The notes beneath the pieces were generated by a model that saw only the letters and a list, made by a program, of their open reading frames with translations, had not been told where the DNA came from and did not search any database. A program made the position numbers and the translations under genes. DNA of 64,000 bases from Craspedostauros australis (lineage: Eukaryota). Position 1 is the stretch's first letter; each line of letters begins with the position of its first letter. Positions 31,674-43,984 of this stretch are shown here, piece by piece. The stretch lies in assembly GCA_030167865.1 (NCBI GenBank), contig JALAGF010000577.1, positions 1 through 64,000 of the forward strand, in the 5' to 3' direction.

Positions 31674-33581
31674 ATGGATGATCCAAGCCCAACTGTCTCT
31701 AACACAAAGACGCCGCCTCCTGATGCCTCCCAGGATTCATGCGAAAGCGAGAGCGCGGGCGACGCAGACGATGCGTACGGCAAGACCTGCGCCATGCTGT
31801 CAGAACAATTGGTGTCTTCGGAACACTTTGCGAGAATCCAAGAGAAACTCCGAGCCAACCCGGATGGCCTTCGCCTCGAGGCGCTGAAACAAGGCTTCCC
31901 TGCAGCATTTGAAGACATCGGAGACTGGAAGTTCGAGGAGGATCTCAATGGTTCGGCCGACTTTCCTGACGATGACGACGAATGGATGTGCCGTGTGTTG
32001 TGCGGATGCCCCGGATTTTCCTCGACTGATGCGGATGGCTGCATCATCAAGAGTTCACAGTCCCTCCAGCCTGATGCACAGCCTGACACAGTCCCAGCAG
32101 CAGGAGTATCAGCAAAAGGAACAGGAGTTTCTGCGCTGATCCAGTCCGTCGCTGATCAGCTCCAGAAACTCCCCTTGTACACCAACGCACTGGTCAAGCT
32201 CAGCCAACATCAGAATGGCATGGCTTTCGACACCTTCCTTCGGGAGAATGAAGAGCTGTCATCAGAGATGGAAGATATCAAATTTGACATCGAGCTGGCA
32301 AGCGATATAGAGACAGACGATGACAACGAAAGCAGCGGCGGGGACAGCGGCGACGACAGCGGTTGGAAGGCACAAGTATTCCGGGCGTGCTCTGACCTAC
32401 AGTCAACAATCGATGACAAAGGATCCTTGGTCTTTGCTGTCACCGATGGTGCCGCTGCCGTTGCCGTTGCCGCTGCCCCCAATGCGAACGATGCAAAAGA
32501 CGATACAATGGATGCAGAAGAGCAACCATTGTCTCCCATCCTCCTTAACGACGACGACGTCGATGTCTACAACAACATTTACGGTGATATTGATGACTTT
32601 GTTGGCCATGGCAACAAGGATCATGGCAAGGAAGTCCCTCCACGCAAACAAGCACGATCGAACCATCGAGAGGCACGGCCAGATCGGGGTCGCGACTCCC
32701 GAAGGCAACAGCACAAACGGGACAAACGACGCCCACACCAACATCAACAACAAGAGCGACACGAAGAGCAGCGACAAGAGCAAGGCTCTCGCACGTACAG
32801 TGAGCGCCAATACCAGTGGCTCATGGAGCAGCTCCAACAGGCGGAGGTCGAGAACACCATGTTGAAAAGTGCGAATCGCGAACAGCAAACCAAACTCCAT
32901 GCCATGAATAGATACAAGGAGCAGAGCATAAATCTGAAGGATAAGATCAGATGCATGGGAAAGGAGCTGAGAGATTTGAAGTCCCTGATCACATCCAACG
33001 ACATTGAGCAGCGTCCATCGTCGTCGCCATTAGCTTCGCCTCTCACCAAAATCAACATTAGCGAACTCCAAGACACATTGGCCGAAAGCCAGGCCGACTT
33101 GAAGAAAGAACAAGCCCTGAACCGGCAGCTGAAACAGAGCATGCAAGAAAAGCAGACCAATCTCGAAGACACAACCGAGCGGTTGACTGACACGCGTAAG
33201 CAACTTCGAGTGTTGAAGGCACTGCACAAAAAGTTGCTGGCATCAAACGGGAGGTCAAACGCAGCAGCAGCACAATCACCTGCATCCAGGTCGCCCTCAC
33301 TTTCCAGACGACGGATTGGTGGAGGAATCACCATCCGCGCGTTGGCTGGTGAACCTCATGTTCCGTCCCCGAAGGGGAAGTACCGAGAGATGAAGGATGA
33401 AAACACGACACTCAAACGGATGGTTGACGATCTGTACACGCAGCTTGAAAAGGAGCAGTCCGAGAAGAAGAAGGCTGCTCGAATCGCCATCAAAGAAAAA
33501 GGAATGCGAACTTTGGTCGAGAAATCACTGGCTGGTTTGAAGAAGACAACCGGAATGCAAGAGATCATCGAGATTGACTGA
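31674..33581 (+). CDS. Acidic N-terminal / coiled-coil C-terminal protein of unknown function
   Basis: 1.9-kb ORF; probable ATG at 31674 (MDDPSP); heptad-rich C-terminal half (LMEQLQQAEVENTMLK..., LQDTLAESQADLKKEQ...). Confidence 0.75.
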   Translation: MDDPSPTVSNTKTPPPDASQDSCESESAGDADDAYGKTCAMLSEQLVSSEHFARIQEKLRANPDGLRLEALKQGFPAAFEDIGDWKFEEDLNGSADFPDDDDEWMCRVLCGCPGFSSTDADGCIIKSSQSLQPDAQPDTVPAAGVSAKGTGVSALIQSVADQLQKLPLYTNALVKLSQHQNGMAFDTFLRENEELSSEMEDIKFDIELASDIETDDDNESSGGDSGDDSGWKAQVFRACSDLQSTIDDKGSLVFAVTDGAAAVAVAAAPNANDAKDDTMDAEEQPLSPILLNDDDVDVYNNIYGDIDDFVGHGNKDHGKEVPPRKQARSNHREARPDRGRDSRRQQHKRDKRRPHQHQQQERHEEQRQEQGSRTYSERQYQWLMEQLQQAEVENTMLKSANREQQTKLHAMNRYKEQSINLKDKIRCMGKELRDLKSLITSNDIEQRPSSSPLASPLTKINISELQDTLAESQADLKKEQALNRQLKQSMQEKQTNLEDTTERLTDTRKQLRVLKALHKKLLASNGRSNAAAAQSPASRSPSLSRRRIGGGITIRALAGEPHVPSPKGKYREMKDENTTLKRMVDDLYTQLEKEQSEKKKAARIAIKEKGMRTLVEKSLAGLKKTTGMQEIIEID

Positions 33582-34080
33582 CATTCTCTGAGCAACTACA
33601 GGCACCGTGTGGGCGCCATTCTCGAAGCTCCGCAAGCAAATGCTGACGATTCATTCCATTCGCACAGGAATATGTTGGAGGGGTACCATGCCCTCCAAAG
33701 GTACCGCATTTGCGCTTGCATTTGCACTTCAATTCTACTGTCTACATTATGCCAGCACAATCTCCATCCCATGCCCTCGTTTTTTTTTCATGGGCGGATC
33801 GATGCATGCGGTATGCGCCCTCTCAAGATCCACACTGTCACGCGCAAGCACACTACATTTCACATGCACAACATACATGACATACGTTCCATATCATACA
33901 ATGCATGAAACGATAGGAAAGTGGCAACTTGAACCATTTTCAAGTTACACTGTTTGAAAACTACAGTACTCGTAGGTACGATCGTTTCAAAAACTGCCTT
34001 GGCAAAAGCCAGTGTACTCTGGATGGTGGGGTGGCTGTGCGGACCAATGGGACTGTGCCATTCTCGCAAATGGCCCATCC

Positions 34081-34821
34081 TCAATGGGAGGAATGGAGGC
34101 AATGGATGCAGTGGTTGTAGCACCCGTGGTGGACACAGATATTGGGGTGGTCGCAGAAGGTGTTGAAGAGACTTTTACTGGAATGCTTGTCCTTGGTGAA
34201 GTACCATCCGACGGTCGTGACGTCTCTGAACGTGTCTTTGAGTCCTTCTGCCTTCATGACCTTGACGACCAAGGAACGCGGGCCGGCTCCTGGCATCTCC
34301 AACGTGGTCTCGGTGTCTTCATCGCACGCCAAGTTGTAACGGCACTTCAGACTGATGCCGTAAATGCGCTCAACCTTCTCCTGCTTGGCGAGCTCTGCGA
34401 AGGCCTCAAGGAAGACCTCGTCGCATGCAGCCTCAATCGCTTCTTCCAACTCTGCCTTGTGTTGGTCGTCCGACGGGATGACGTACTCCAGCGGGACCAG
34501 ACCAGGCTTCCCGTCCGCCTTGATTGGGAGGAACATGTAGGGAATGGAGCTAGCTGCTTCGTTCTCCGGCAATGGCTTGATGTGGATCTCATTCGATTCT
34601 TGCTTGGCCACCTTCTTTTCTCCATCCTTGAGCTGGAAGTGGCGGTGCGTGAGGCAAAGGAAAAGGTGTTTCTCCTTGCCGTGGGCTAGGAAAAGATCTC
34701 CGAACTTGTTGAGGACGGGACACATGTGCCTGAGCTCTTTCTTGCTGTCTCCGTAATGACGAACATCGTGGAAGTCGTGCACCAAGCTGTTGAAGGAGGA
34801 AGTGCTGAATGCGAGGATCAT
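34081..34821 (-). CDS. 246-aa uncharacterised protein with an LxHRHF motif and a Cys/His-rich tail
   Basis: Intronless ORF with coding-like codon usage. Motifs LFLAHG...LCLTHRHFQL..GE, LVPLEY and GWYF; tail FCDHPNICVHHGCYNHCIHCLHSSH. Confidence 0.8.
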   Translation of the reverse strand: MILAFSTSSFNSLVHDFHDVRHYGDSKKELRHMCPVLNKFGDLFLAHGKEKHLFLCLTHRHFQLKDGEKKVAKQESNEIHIKPLPENEAASSIPYMFLPIKADGKPGLVPLEYVIPSDDQHKAELEEAIEAACDEVFLEAFAELAKQEKVERIYGISLKCRYNLACDEDTETTLEMPGAGPRSLVVKVMKAEGLKDTFRDVTTVGWYFTKDKHSSKSLFNTFCDHPNICVHHGCYNHCIHCLHSSH

Positions 34822-35880
34822 GGTTGGCTAGGGGGTAGAGTTGTTGGTGAAAGGATGCGGGTGAAGAATTGGTGCAAGGGAAGTGTTGTCTCTCGCTCTG
34901 ATGAGTTTCGTCAGAATATGAGAAGGCGCGAACAAGAAACAATAGTATTCGGAATCAGTTGCCTGCCTGCACACATCGACCAGCAGAGCTGCCAAGTCTC
35001 TCCCTCATTGACTCACTCGCTGACTCTCTCTCTCTTGTCGCCTCTGTGGCGACCTTGTACGGAGATCGAGGTTGGACATCCAAAGATAAGCGAGGGGGGA
35101 AACGTCCATGCTATAATCGCACGAGCAGATCAGGAGTAGAGCATGGTAGATCTCGCCATGGAAAGAAGGTTCGCAGAACAGATGATGTCGATGACATCAC
35201 CTTCGTCCTTGCCCTTGGTCGCACACCAGACGTGCCGCGTTGGTGTCCGGCAGAGTAGCCATGGTGTCATACGATCTCGTCACGCAAACACCCTTGCTGA
35301 CACTGACCTCTTGTTCTGTATCAGCTGACGTCGCATGTTCTTGGACTCCGTCACCTTGAAGTTGAAGAGAAATCTCGGTTTGGAACTTTCATGTTTGATT
35401 TTGACTTCATACTCGTCGTGTCATGCCATACTCGTAGGTGCGCATGGTGGTCGTGGGAACATATCCAACCGACGATCAATCCGCAATCCATGTTGCTTTG
35501 ATGCCGTTCGTTCCTCTCGAAGATTCTTCATCTTTCTCCTTGCTGGTTTGGTGCGATCATAGCTTTGGGTCTGCAACGCAGGTGAGGTGCGAGCATCGTT
35601 CGCGTGTTCGCATTTTTGGAAGTCGGGGCAAATTTGATTTGTCTGCAGAAGAATGAAAATGTCGTATTGTTCGTCGCCACATCCTGTTCTGTTCGCCATG
35701 TTGTTCGACAATTCGGATTGCGAATACATGCAAGGGGGACGCACTAACATTTGTTTGTGTCTGCGTTTGTGCGGTCGCAAGAGACCAACCCAGAACTGTT
35801 CTGTGGTACAGCGTCATCGCTTTTGAGGAAATGGGAGAGATAGAATAGACAGACTTCCAGGGCACGCTCCTACTTCGCAG

Positions 35881-37053
35881 CTACCCCACGCTGAGATGTC
35901 CGCTGTCTTCCGTCCACTCTTTTAATTGCCATTCCATGCCGCACTTCAAGCCAGATACTTCCGCATCCATGATCCTTGTGGCGGCTTCGGCGTCGCTCGC
36001 GGCAAGGAGGAGCATCTTTGAGCCGTCCGCGCTCTCGCTGTCTGCGTCACTGTCATTTTCCGGATGGAATCCAGAGATCAGGCACTCACCCTTCAATCGT
36101 TGCACGTTGGCCCATTTGCGGTGCATCGCAGCAGATTGTTTGCTGGTATTGCCCGGTGCGCTCTTCAAATGTCCAGTAACCATGAACCATCTCTCGCCGG
36201 GATTTGGTGTCGAGCGGACCAGCTTCAGCTCCAGGTCGTACCATAGCTCTTGGCCGTGGACGATCGGACTTGGCCTCAGGACTGAGAATCCGCACCTGAC
36301 ATAAAATCCCAGCAAGTGATTCTTCGCGAGGAGCACTAGTCTCGTGATGGGCGATATCGTTCCATCTCCATGCGCCTGCAGCTGTTGCTGCTGCTTCATC
36401 TCCTTGATGTACTGCGTGAGCATGACAGTCGCTACACCCTGCCGTCGGTAGATGCCTTCCACCACCACGCTGTGAATCGCCAACAACGCACCGTCGGGAT
36501 TGTGCGCCGACATGCTCTCTTCCGTGAAGTCTTGGCATCGCGTGCCGCACACAAAACCGATGATCTGGTCTTCATCGTCGTCGTCGTCGTTGCTGCTGTC
36601 GTCTTTGGAAGCACCTGGTCTGTAGCACAGCAGGAAGTAATCGGATGCATTCTGTTGGCGGTGAGTCAGTCCCTCCTTCGTGGCGGCTTCATCTTCGGGG
36701 TACGATGCGGACTCGATCTGGTAGCACCGTTCAATGTCGTCTGGCGTGGGGTGTCGGTAAAGCAACGATGCGATCAACGCCGTACTTTCTTCGCTGGACT
36801 TCGACATTGCTTGCTGCGATGATGAATACCTTCGAGACACGGGCAGCGATGGATAGCCCGATTGCGTATCGCATGTGCCGTCGTGCCTGCTGATGATGCC
36901 AATCCTTCGCCCTTCGATCGTTGTGATGCCGATGCTGCTAACACTGACCGGAAGCGAGAAAGCTTCGATTGTGTTCAGCTTCTTGAGACAGCACAGCAAC
37001 AGAAATGATGGCAAGATCGCGAGTGCGGCTCGCCTGAACGATGGATTTTTCAT
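35881..37053 (-). CDS. Plastid-targeted GNAT acetyltransferase (AANAT/Paa1-like) fused to a degenerate YCII-like domain
   Basis: Signal peptide with IEA-FSLP (ASAFAP-like) cleavage motif; IESASYPEDEAA; AIHSVVV..YRRQGVA; LLAKNHLLGFYVRCGF. C-terminal WF...HRKW...SGF...MLLLAA..AEAA...EW. Confidence 0.85.
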   Translation of the reverse strand: MKNPSFRRAALAILPSFLLLCCLKKLNTIEAFSLPVSVSSIGITTIEGRRIGIISRHDGTCDTQSGYPSLPVSRRYSSSQQAMSKSSEESTALIASLLYRHPTPDDIERCYQIESASYPEDEAATKEGLTHRQQNASDYFLLCYRPGASKDDSSNDDDDDEDQIIGFVCGTRCQDFTEESMSAHNPDGALLAIHSVVVEGIYRRQGVATVMLTQYIKEMKQQQQLQAHGDGTISPITRLVLLAKNHLLGFYVRCGFSVLRPSPIVHGQELWYDLELKLVRSTPNPGERWFMVTGHLKSAPGNTSKQSAAMHRKWANVQRLKGECLISGFHPENDSDADSESADGSKMLLLAASDAEAATRIMDAEVSGLKCGMEWQLKEWTEDSGHLSVG

Positions 37054-37552
37054 CAAACTTTGAGACGTCGTTGTGCGCACGGAAAGCTGTCCAGAATCGG
37101 CAATCGAAAATCACTGCGATATTGCTTGGGTAATTGGAGGACTTATAGCATTCACGCATGGTAGAGCTATCGGTGTACCCGTATGTCGGTCCCGACGATG
37201 CCGCCGATGATGTGCATCCAAACCAAGAGGTATCTTGCTGCGTGCTTTGCCTCCACGAGCCGTCGTATCGCCCACGTGTGCGTCGTTGGTTGGGAGGTGG
37301 TTTGATGTGTTGTGAGAAAGATCCCGTTTTCTGTTTCTTGTTGGCGCCAAACTGACGAAGGTCAGACGCCAATGAACATCGTTGTTGTTGGTGGTGGTGG
37401 TTTGGTGTTGGTCACAACAGACGCAGCGTGAAAACAGACCATCGTCGCAGTCGTAGCGGACAGCACCCTATCGTCACAGACCGTGTGCATACATAGTCGT
37501 ACGACCTGTCCATACCACCCACGTCCAGCCCACTTCACCCTCTGTGACAAAC

Positions 37553-38340
37553 ATGAGCGCCGCAAGAAGCAAGGTCATCTCCGCCTTCCGCCGGCTGAAC
37601 CGTGCCCGCATCAGTCTGTTCAAGGGCGACGATCACGCCATGCAGGTGTCACGGCAACAGATGAGGGCGGAGTTTGATCGCAACAAGAACATTGCCAGCT
37701 CTGGACTGCAGTGGGAGGTCCTGGTTGCGGGGATCGACGAGGCCGCCACCATGCTGCAGCATGAAATCGTTCGAGGCAACCTCAATGAAGACACGGGGCG
37801 GTATGGTGCGTGTCATGGCGTGGCGTGATGTGGTGCTGCTGCGACACACGACGTTCTGGAGGAGATCAGGAACGATTCCAACTGGCGACAAAGCAGATCA
37901 ATCGAGGACTCATGTTTGTTATCGCAATGCGCCGGGAGCATTTCCATGAACTTCAGTCATATGTTGAGAGCAAGGGTGCTTCCCAATCAAACGTTCCCTT
38001 GGCTGTTGATGATTTGGCATGTACTGCTTTGAACCGCAACGGTACTCGATTGCATCCAAGATCTCAGGTTGATCTCACATCAATGCCCACCTTTCTCTGC
38101 TGCCATCCATTCTCACCGATTCCATCGCCATTGCTATTGCTATAACGAATACCGCTGTCACCACGCCACACTACAAAACGAAACGATACGACAGAGGTTA
38201 AAATTGAAAGGAAGCACGTGAAAGGCTCTGGCACAGGCGAAGCGAAACCAGAGTTGGAACCAATCACTGAGGATACCTACAAGCGAATGAAAGACCCAAC
38301 AGCGGTGGAAGTGTCCAAGAGTTGCGGTTCCAACAAGTAA
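37553..38340 (+). CDS. LYRM7: LYR-motif protein, complex III assembly factor LYRM7/MZM1-like; exons 37553-37805 and 38195-38340
   Basis: SAFRRLNRARISLFKGDDHAM...RAEF...EAATMLQHEIVRG. The GT-AG intron 37806-38194 gives GRY-E-VKIERKH and a stop at 38340. Confidence 0.82.
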
Positions 38341-38672
38341 ATGGTCTCTCTAGATTGCAACACGCAAGCACCGAACATGCCTATTGTAATTTTTCTTTGT
38401 GCCTGCCATCCGTTTCTCGTTGACCGACATCCACAACACCAGTTTTGTGTTGTGCGACTGCGGGTGTTTCTGGCATTGCCATCATGATGATGAGCCTTTG
38501 TTGCGAGGCGCCGCTGCTTCCCTCGCATCTGCATCTGTGTCTAAGCATAGAGGGCTTGTTACCGATTTCACCGAAGAATGGTGCCTTCCATGCATTCATC
38601 CACCCGTCCAAGTGCCCACCCCGTGACGCATGATATATGGCACATGACGACCAACGCGAGCAGTCGCGACCA

Positions 38673-39236
38673 TCATTTGATCTTGATGTTGAATGAACAA
38701 GCCGACATGTTCTTTCCATCCGCCAAGAAGTCGCAGCTCACCACTGCTGGGATGCCGAGATTCGCCAGCGCACCGCGGACGATGCCGCAGGGAAATGCCA
38801 GCAACTGGATTGCCACCACTCGTGCCGACTCCTGGTTGGACGGCAACCTCGTCAACCACCGCAGCTCGAGATCCTTGAGAACGAAGACACCCCGGTGATT
38901 CGTCTGCAGCTTGTCTATCTGCTTGCGGAACACCTCCATCCAAATCTCCTTGCAAAGGAACTTGACGGCCTCCAGCTGCGCTGCTGCCACAGCCATGGCA
39001 GGATCCTTGCCGGATGCCGAGAAGATCCGATTTTGCGACAGCCGCTCCGACAGGCGGTAGCCGACGGAGAATCCCATGCGCTCCAGCTTGGCGGCCGCCA
39101 TCTCGCGCGCAAATACCGCCTCTTCCTCTGTCTTCCCTTCTTTGGCTATCGATGATGATGATTCCACGTATCGCACCACTTCGCTCATCAGGCTTTCCAT
39201 CGCGGCATCGGACACATGAGATGAAGACGCAGCCAT
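38673..39236 (-). CDS. TRAPPC6: TRAPP complex subunit 6 (Trs33)
   Basis: LERMGFSVGYRLSERL...VKFLCKEIW..VFRKQIDKLQTNHRGVFVLKD...FPCGIVRGALANLG...CSFNIKI; ATG at 39236. Confidence 0.95.
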   Translation of the reverse strand: MAASSSHVSDAAMESLMSEVVRYVESSSSIAKEGKTEEEAVFAREMAAAKLERMGFSVGYRLSERLSQNRIFSASGKDPAMAVAAAQLEAVKFLCKEIWMEVFRKQIDKLQTNHRGVFVLKDLELRWLTRLPSNQESARVVAIQLLAFPCGIVRGALANLGIPAVVSCDFLADGKNMSACSFNIKIK

Positions 39237-39932
39237 GATGTTTGACAATATCGATATCGTTGCTTTGCTTGAGAGTATCCTGCTTCTTGTCGTCTTTGTG
39301 CGCGTGGTGTCTTTGGTATGGATTCTGTTCGCAAGGGATCTCTCTGTCTGTCTCTCTTGGTGCGAAAGCTGTGGTGGCAACGAATAGAGCAGAGTTGAGC
39401 AGAAGCAGATGTGGGCTTCGCGGATTTTGAATTGGCACGGGTTGTGTCTGTGGACCTCTTTCTTCCTTTTGTTTGTGCTTCCTCTGGTTTCGCTTCGTTG
39501 TTGTGTTTGTGGCTTGTGTTGCTCTGGGAGCTGCGGGTTTTATTGGAATGGAGCTGCGGTGAAACACATATTTATCATATTTCACCAACATTCATGTTTC
39601 GCAAACCAGCTTCTCGGAGGTTAGCCCATGCTGTTGACTTGCCTTGGCCTTCCTGCCTGTATGACGCGTTACGAACCATACCCAGAAGATGAATGTATGT
39701 AACACCACTACCTATTTGAACATCGTGTCAAATGCAGCCCCATGTATCATGTGTACACACCCTCCCCGATGTCGGTACTTTTTGTGCATTACATTACTGT
39801 GACAACTGGTCGTTCCCCTCAAATTTCCCAAACAACTATCCGCCCAGGATCATTGCGGCTCCCTGTCGCAATCCTCCCTACGTACTCCACATGCCCTGAA
39901 TGCTTCCGGTAGAAGGTCTCGCACGATTTTTT

Positions 39933-42730
39933 CTAAGCCATGTTGGAAAGAAATCTCGAGAAAAAGGACTGCTGCTGCTGCTGCTGATGATGATCCTGTT
40001 CCTGTCCTTGTCTTTGCCCCGCCTGTGTGCGTTGCCCGTGCACCTTCGATTGCGTGCTGATTCGACCACGCAGCGGTCGCTTCTCCATCCTGTTGTCGCG
40101 GGCCAGTATTCGTCTTGTTCTGTCACCCTCGAAGCAACGATTGCAGCAGTCTGGGAAGGCACATTGGATTTCGGGCGTCTCGCCTCCGCAGTCGGAAAAG
40201 AGATCATCCAGATTCCCGGCACTGCCCCGCAACGCGCAGATGGAGTCCGGCATGCTCCCGGTGAATGAGTTGAACTGCAGCAGCATCTCGTTAAGATCCG
40301 TAAGCTGGCCTGCAGATATCGGTGGGATGGTTCCCGTCATACGGTTTCCATCGAGGAACAGATCACGCAGCAGCGGTGGATCTGCGTAGTTCGCAGGAAT
40401 GCCGCCTGTGAAGGAATTGTTGGACATGTACATGATCCGAATGGTGTCGACGTCGAACAAGGTCGCTGGGATCGTGCCGTTGAGCCCAGCAGCCGAAACA
40501 TCGAAGAAGTCCAATCGATCAAAGTTGCCGAATACATTCGGGATGGTGCCTCGCATGAAATTGCTATGGATGATGAAGACCTCTGTTTTTGTTGTGTTGG
40601 TTGTGTTTGTGCGGTAGGATGATGCGATGTACCATGCCGTGGCGTATGGTGTGATCATGCACGACGATAACGAGTCGGGAATCACAGATACATTTGTGAA
40701 ATGATGAGTGAGTACATGTATGGAGACTCAGTCAGAAAACGGGAAGCTGTAACAACAAGATGTGCATCCATTTGAGACTATGATGCAGTCCGCCAAAACA
40801 GAGCAAACACACTGCAACGAAATGGACCCAATACAATGGGACCCAATGCAATGCCCAGTACGATGCCCACTTGTAATGAACTCACCCAAGTTGGTGAGGA
40901 AACCCAGCTCGAGCGGAAGTGTGCCCGATAGGGTGTTCTCGCTCACACGAAAGTCAGCAAGGTTCCCCAAGTTTCCAATCTGCGGCGGTATGGTGCCTTC
41001 CAGGAAGTTGACTTCCAATCGCAACGTCGTCAAGCTCTGCGCGGAAAAGAGATCTGTCGGAAGGGAACGGGCGAGGAGGTTCCTTTGGAGTCGCAGTTCC
41101 TCGAGGTTGCTGAGCAGACCCAGTTCGGATGGTAGCGCACCGTTGAGGTTGTTCTCGTACAGGAACACCGACTCCAGATTTGTCAGTTGACCAATCTGCG
41201 ATGGGATCGCGTTGTTGAGTTCATTCTGGGCCAGCCAGATTTGTTCCAGATTTGTAAGCTGCGATATCTCGGTTGGAATACTTCCCGTGAGGCCGTTGTC
41301 TGACGCGCGGTAGGCGATCAAGGAGGTGAGGCCAAGCAGGTTCGTTGGGAATGCTGGGCCGTTCATCGAGTTCTGTTCCAAGTCCAACAGTTCCAGGTTG
41401 GTGAGACTGGATATTCCCGATGGGATGCTACCCGATACAGAATTCGACACCAGGCTGAACCGGGTCAACGTGAGGAGGGCAGATATCTCGTTGGGGATGC
41501 TGCCTGCTACGTTGTTGCTGGCTGTAGTCGTGGAGAGTTGAAGAGAGACAAGTATTGTGAAAAAAGAGACAGGATGAGATACAGAGGTCATTAGGGAGAG
41601 GCATTGCGCCGGCATACACCTGCGCATGGTTCCACCACTGACTTGGTCGCTGACAGCATAACCTTGGATAGGGGGGATTATGATTTTGGCACGCATAAGC
41701 ATCGACGCAGTGCTCGTCGGTTCGATCTATCAGTCCCAAGACAATCGATATCAACGTTGAGTCGAGTCATAGTCTCGCCACTACTTCGTCCACGAAGCCA
41801 ACTCATGAGATAAGCGAACGAGGTAGGCACACAAGGCGAGCACATCAACAAACAAGCAACGGGCACAATACATAACTTACGCAATTCCACTCTGCTGGCG
41901 GTCATGGCTCCCTCTGGGCAGATGACGCCAAACCATTCGCATTCCTGCATATCTCCCAACCAGTCGTCCTGCCTCAACCACGTCATTCCGCCCGTCGCAA
42001 AGTACAGCGTGGTGAGGGCGTATCGCTGAGGGAGCAAGTCGTAGCATGGATTGTTGAGGAAGGGATCATCATCCACGAGGTACGCAAACGCCATCCCTTG
42101 CGGTGTGGACGCATCGGAGAGCACATTGGATGGCGTGATTCCTGAAAGGAGGCTCTCGAAGTACTGCTGCTTTGTTCGTCCCTCCAGACAGTCCTCCGTC
42201 GGCGCTTCCGTTGGACCAATAGCCGGCATGATTGTCGGTGCGCTGACGGGCGAAGCCGTGATGATCGGCGCCTGCGTGATGGGCGCATTCGTCGGCGTTG
42301 ATGGAGCTGGAGCCGCCGTCGGCATACTCATCGCGTCACCCATGCGTCCCAGTTCCGATTCGATCTCCGCAGACTCCTCTGCTTCGTTCCACAGATCCTC
42401 GAGGTCGACGTACGTGGGCTGCTGTTGCGGTCGTTTCGCCATCTTCGGTTGATCATCTTGCTGATGTTGTTGTCCAGTCTTCCATGCCTGCGATAGCGAC
42501 TCCTGTGCTTGCTGTTCCTGCTTGCTCTGTTCCTGCTGCTCCTGCTGCTGTTGCTGCTGCTCCGGGTTCTGGCCCTGCTGAGGATGGCTCTTGCCACCAA
42601 ACACATGGTCAGGAACTCGCTTGCGTCGGATAGAGTAGGCATCGTCCGCCAGAACCGTTCCTGCACCAATGGCGGCCCCAACGATAACGCCCGACAGTAG
42701 CCTTCGTTTCATAGAACGAGCCATCTTCAT
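39933..42730 (-). CDS. Secreted leucine-rich-repeat protein (diatom RLP-like); exons 42730-41881, 41521-40886, 40582-39933
   Basis: Signal peptide, Q-rich and PT stalk, cap motif PQGMAF..L..DDP..QRYAL.TLYFAT.G..W...ECEWFGVIC, plant-type LRRs (LxxLxLxxNxLxGxIP) and C-cap DC....CCNRCF. Both introns are phase-compatible GT-AG. Confidence 0.88.
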
Positions 42731-43984
42731 CGTCGATACCACCTGCTCTCGTATTGTCTGTATGCCACGCTGTGTTATTGTTGTGCTTCCTGTTTGGATG
42801 CCGATGAAGAATGGTATTTTGTTTCTCTGCAACCCCGGCTTTTCAATGTCGTGCCGTTGTTTTGAAGTATTGAGCTGCCTTCAATGGGGGCAAAGTAGAA
42901 ACAGCAACGATGGCGACGGCGGCAATGATGACACCAATTGGTACCAATGGCACAACCCATCGCGATGGCAATGGCGATGGCAGTGTAGCAGTACGAATGT
43001 TGATGCTGCTCCTGCTGGAGAGCATACTATTACCCTTTGTATTGCCGATGACACGACCAACCTCGGCTGCAACACGACACGAATGGCGATTCGAGGTTTC
43101 GTCCAGAGCTTGGATAGCTGTGTGGTCGAGCATTCCACTCCACCAAACAAAGCGTCGGTTTGTGTTGGACATCGAGACGCAAGAATCCGCCGATCACGAC
43201 ACCTTCGTCGCCCAGCCGACAAAAAATGTGAGCAACACAAGACTTGTTTGCCAAATTCGTGTCGCTTCACGACAGAAAGGAGTTGGTGGTTGGTTCTGAT
43301 CAAGTACCCTCATACCATACGAGCTCTTCCGTGCTTCCCCAAGAGGTCTTCAGAAAGGCGGGAATGGGTTGTCGCCTTCGATGGGTCGCATTGGTCGAAG
43401 AGTCTCAGTTCGTCACTGGTGTCATTGCGACACACGATTACCGTTATTTTTTCAAGTTCAGAAACGGAACGACTGTGTGACTCTGTATTTGTGTGGGTAG
43501 GAGCAGGCGATGCGCGTGTGCTTGCTTGTGTGTGACTGTGTGGTTGGAAATCGGTGTTCCTTCTGTGGACTTCTTCTCCTTTGTCACGAGGTCACGGCGA
43601 CGAAGACGAAGAAAAGGAACGAAAACTCTGCAGTTCACTGTGACTCTTCCTTCTTGGTCAATGACAACACGACAACGACACGAGAACAACAACACCATTG
43701 CAACCCAAAAAGCCAAGACTGAGGACAAGCCACCCACCGTCTACCCCTCACACCATCGTTGGTATCGACATTGGCGCAATCGTACTCTGGCACAACAGAT
43801 CACCATCAGCACAGAAGCAAACAAGTTAGAAGGTGCCATTGTCCTCGCACACCAACACCGAAGCCCGATCGCTTTGACAGTTAGACACAGCAGACGACAG
43901 AGCAAGAGCAAGAGTCACCAGCACCACCAAAGACCACCGCAGCCGCACAACCAAACAGCAAGACCTGCAACAGCAACAGTCACC

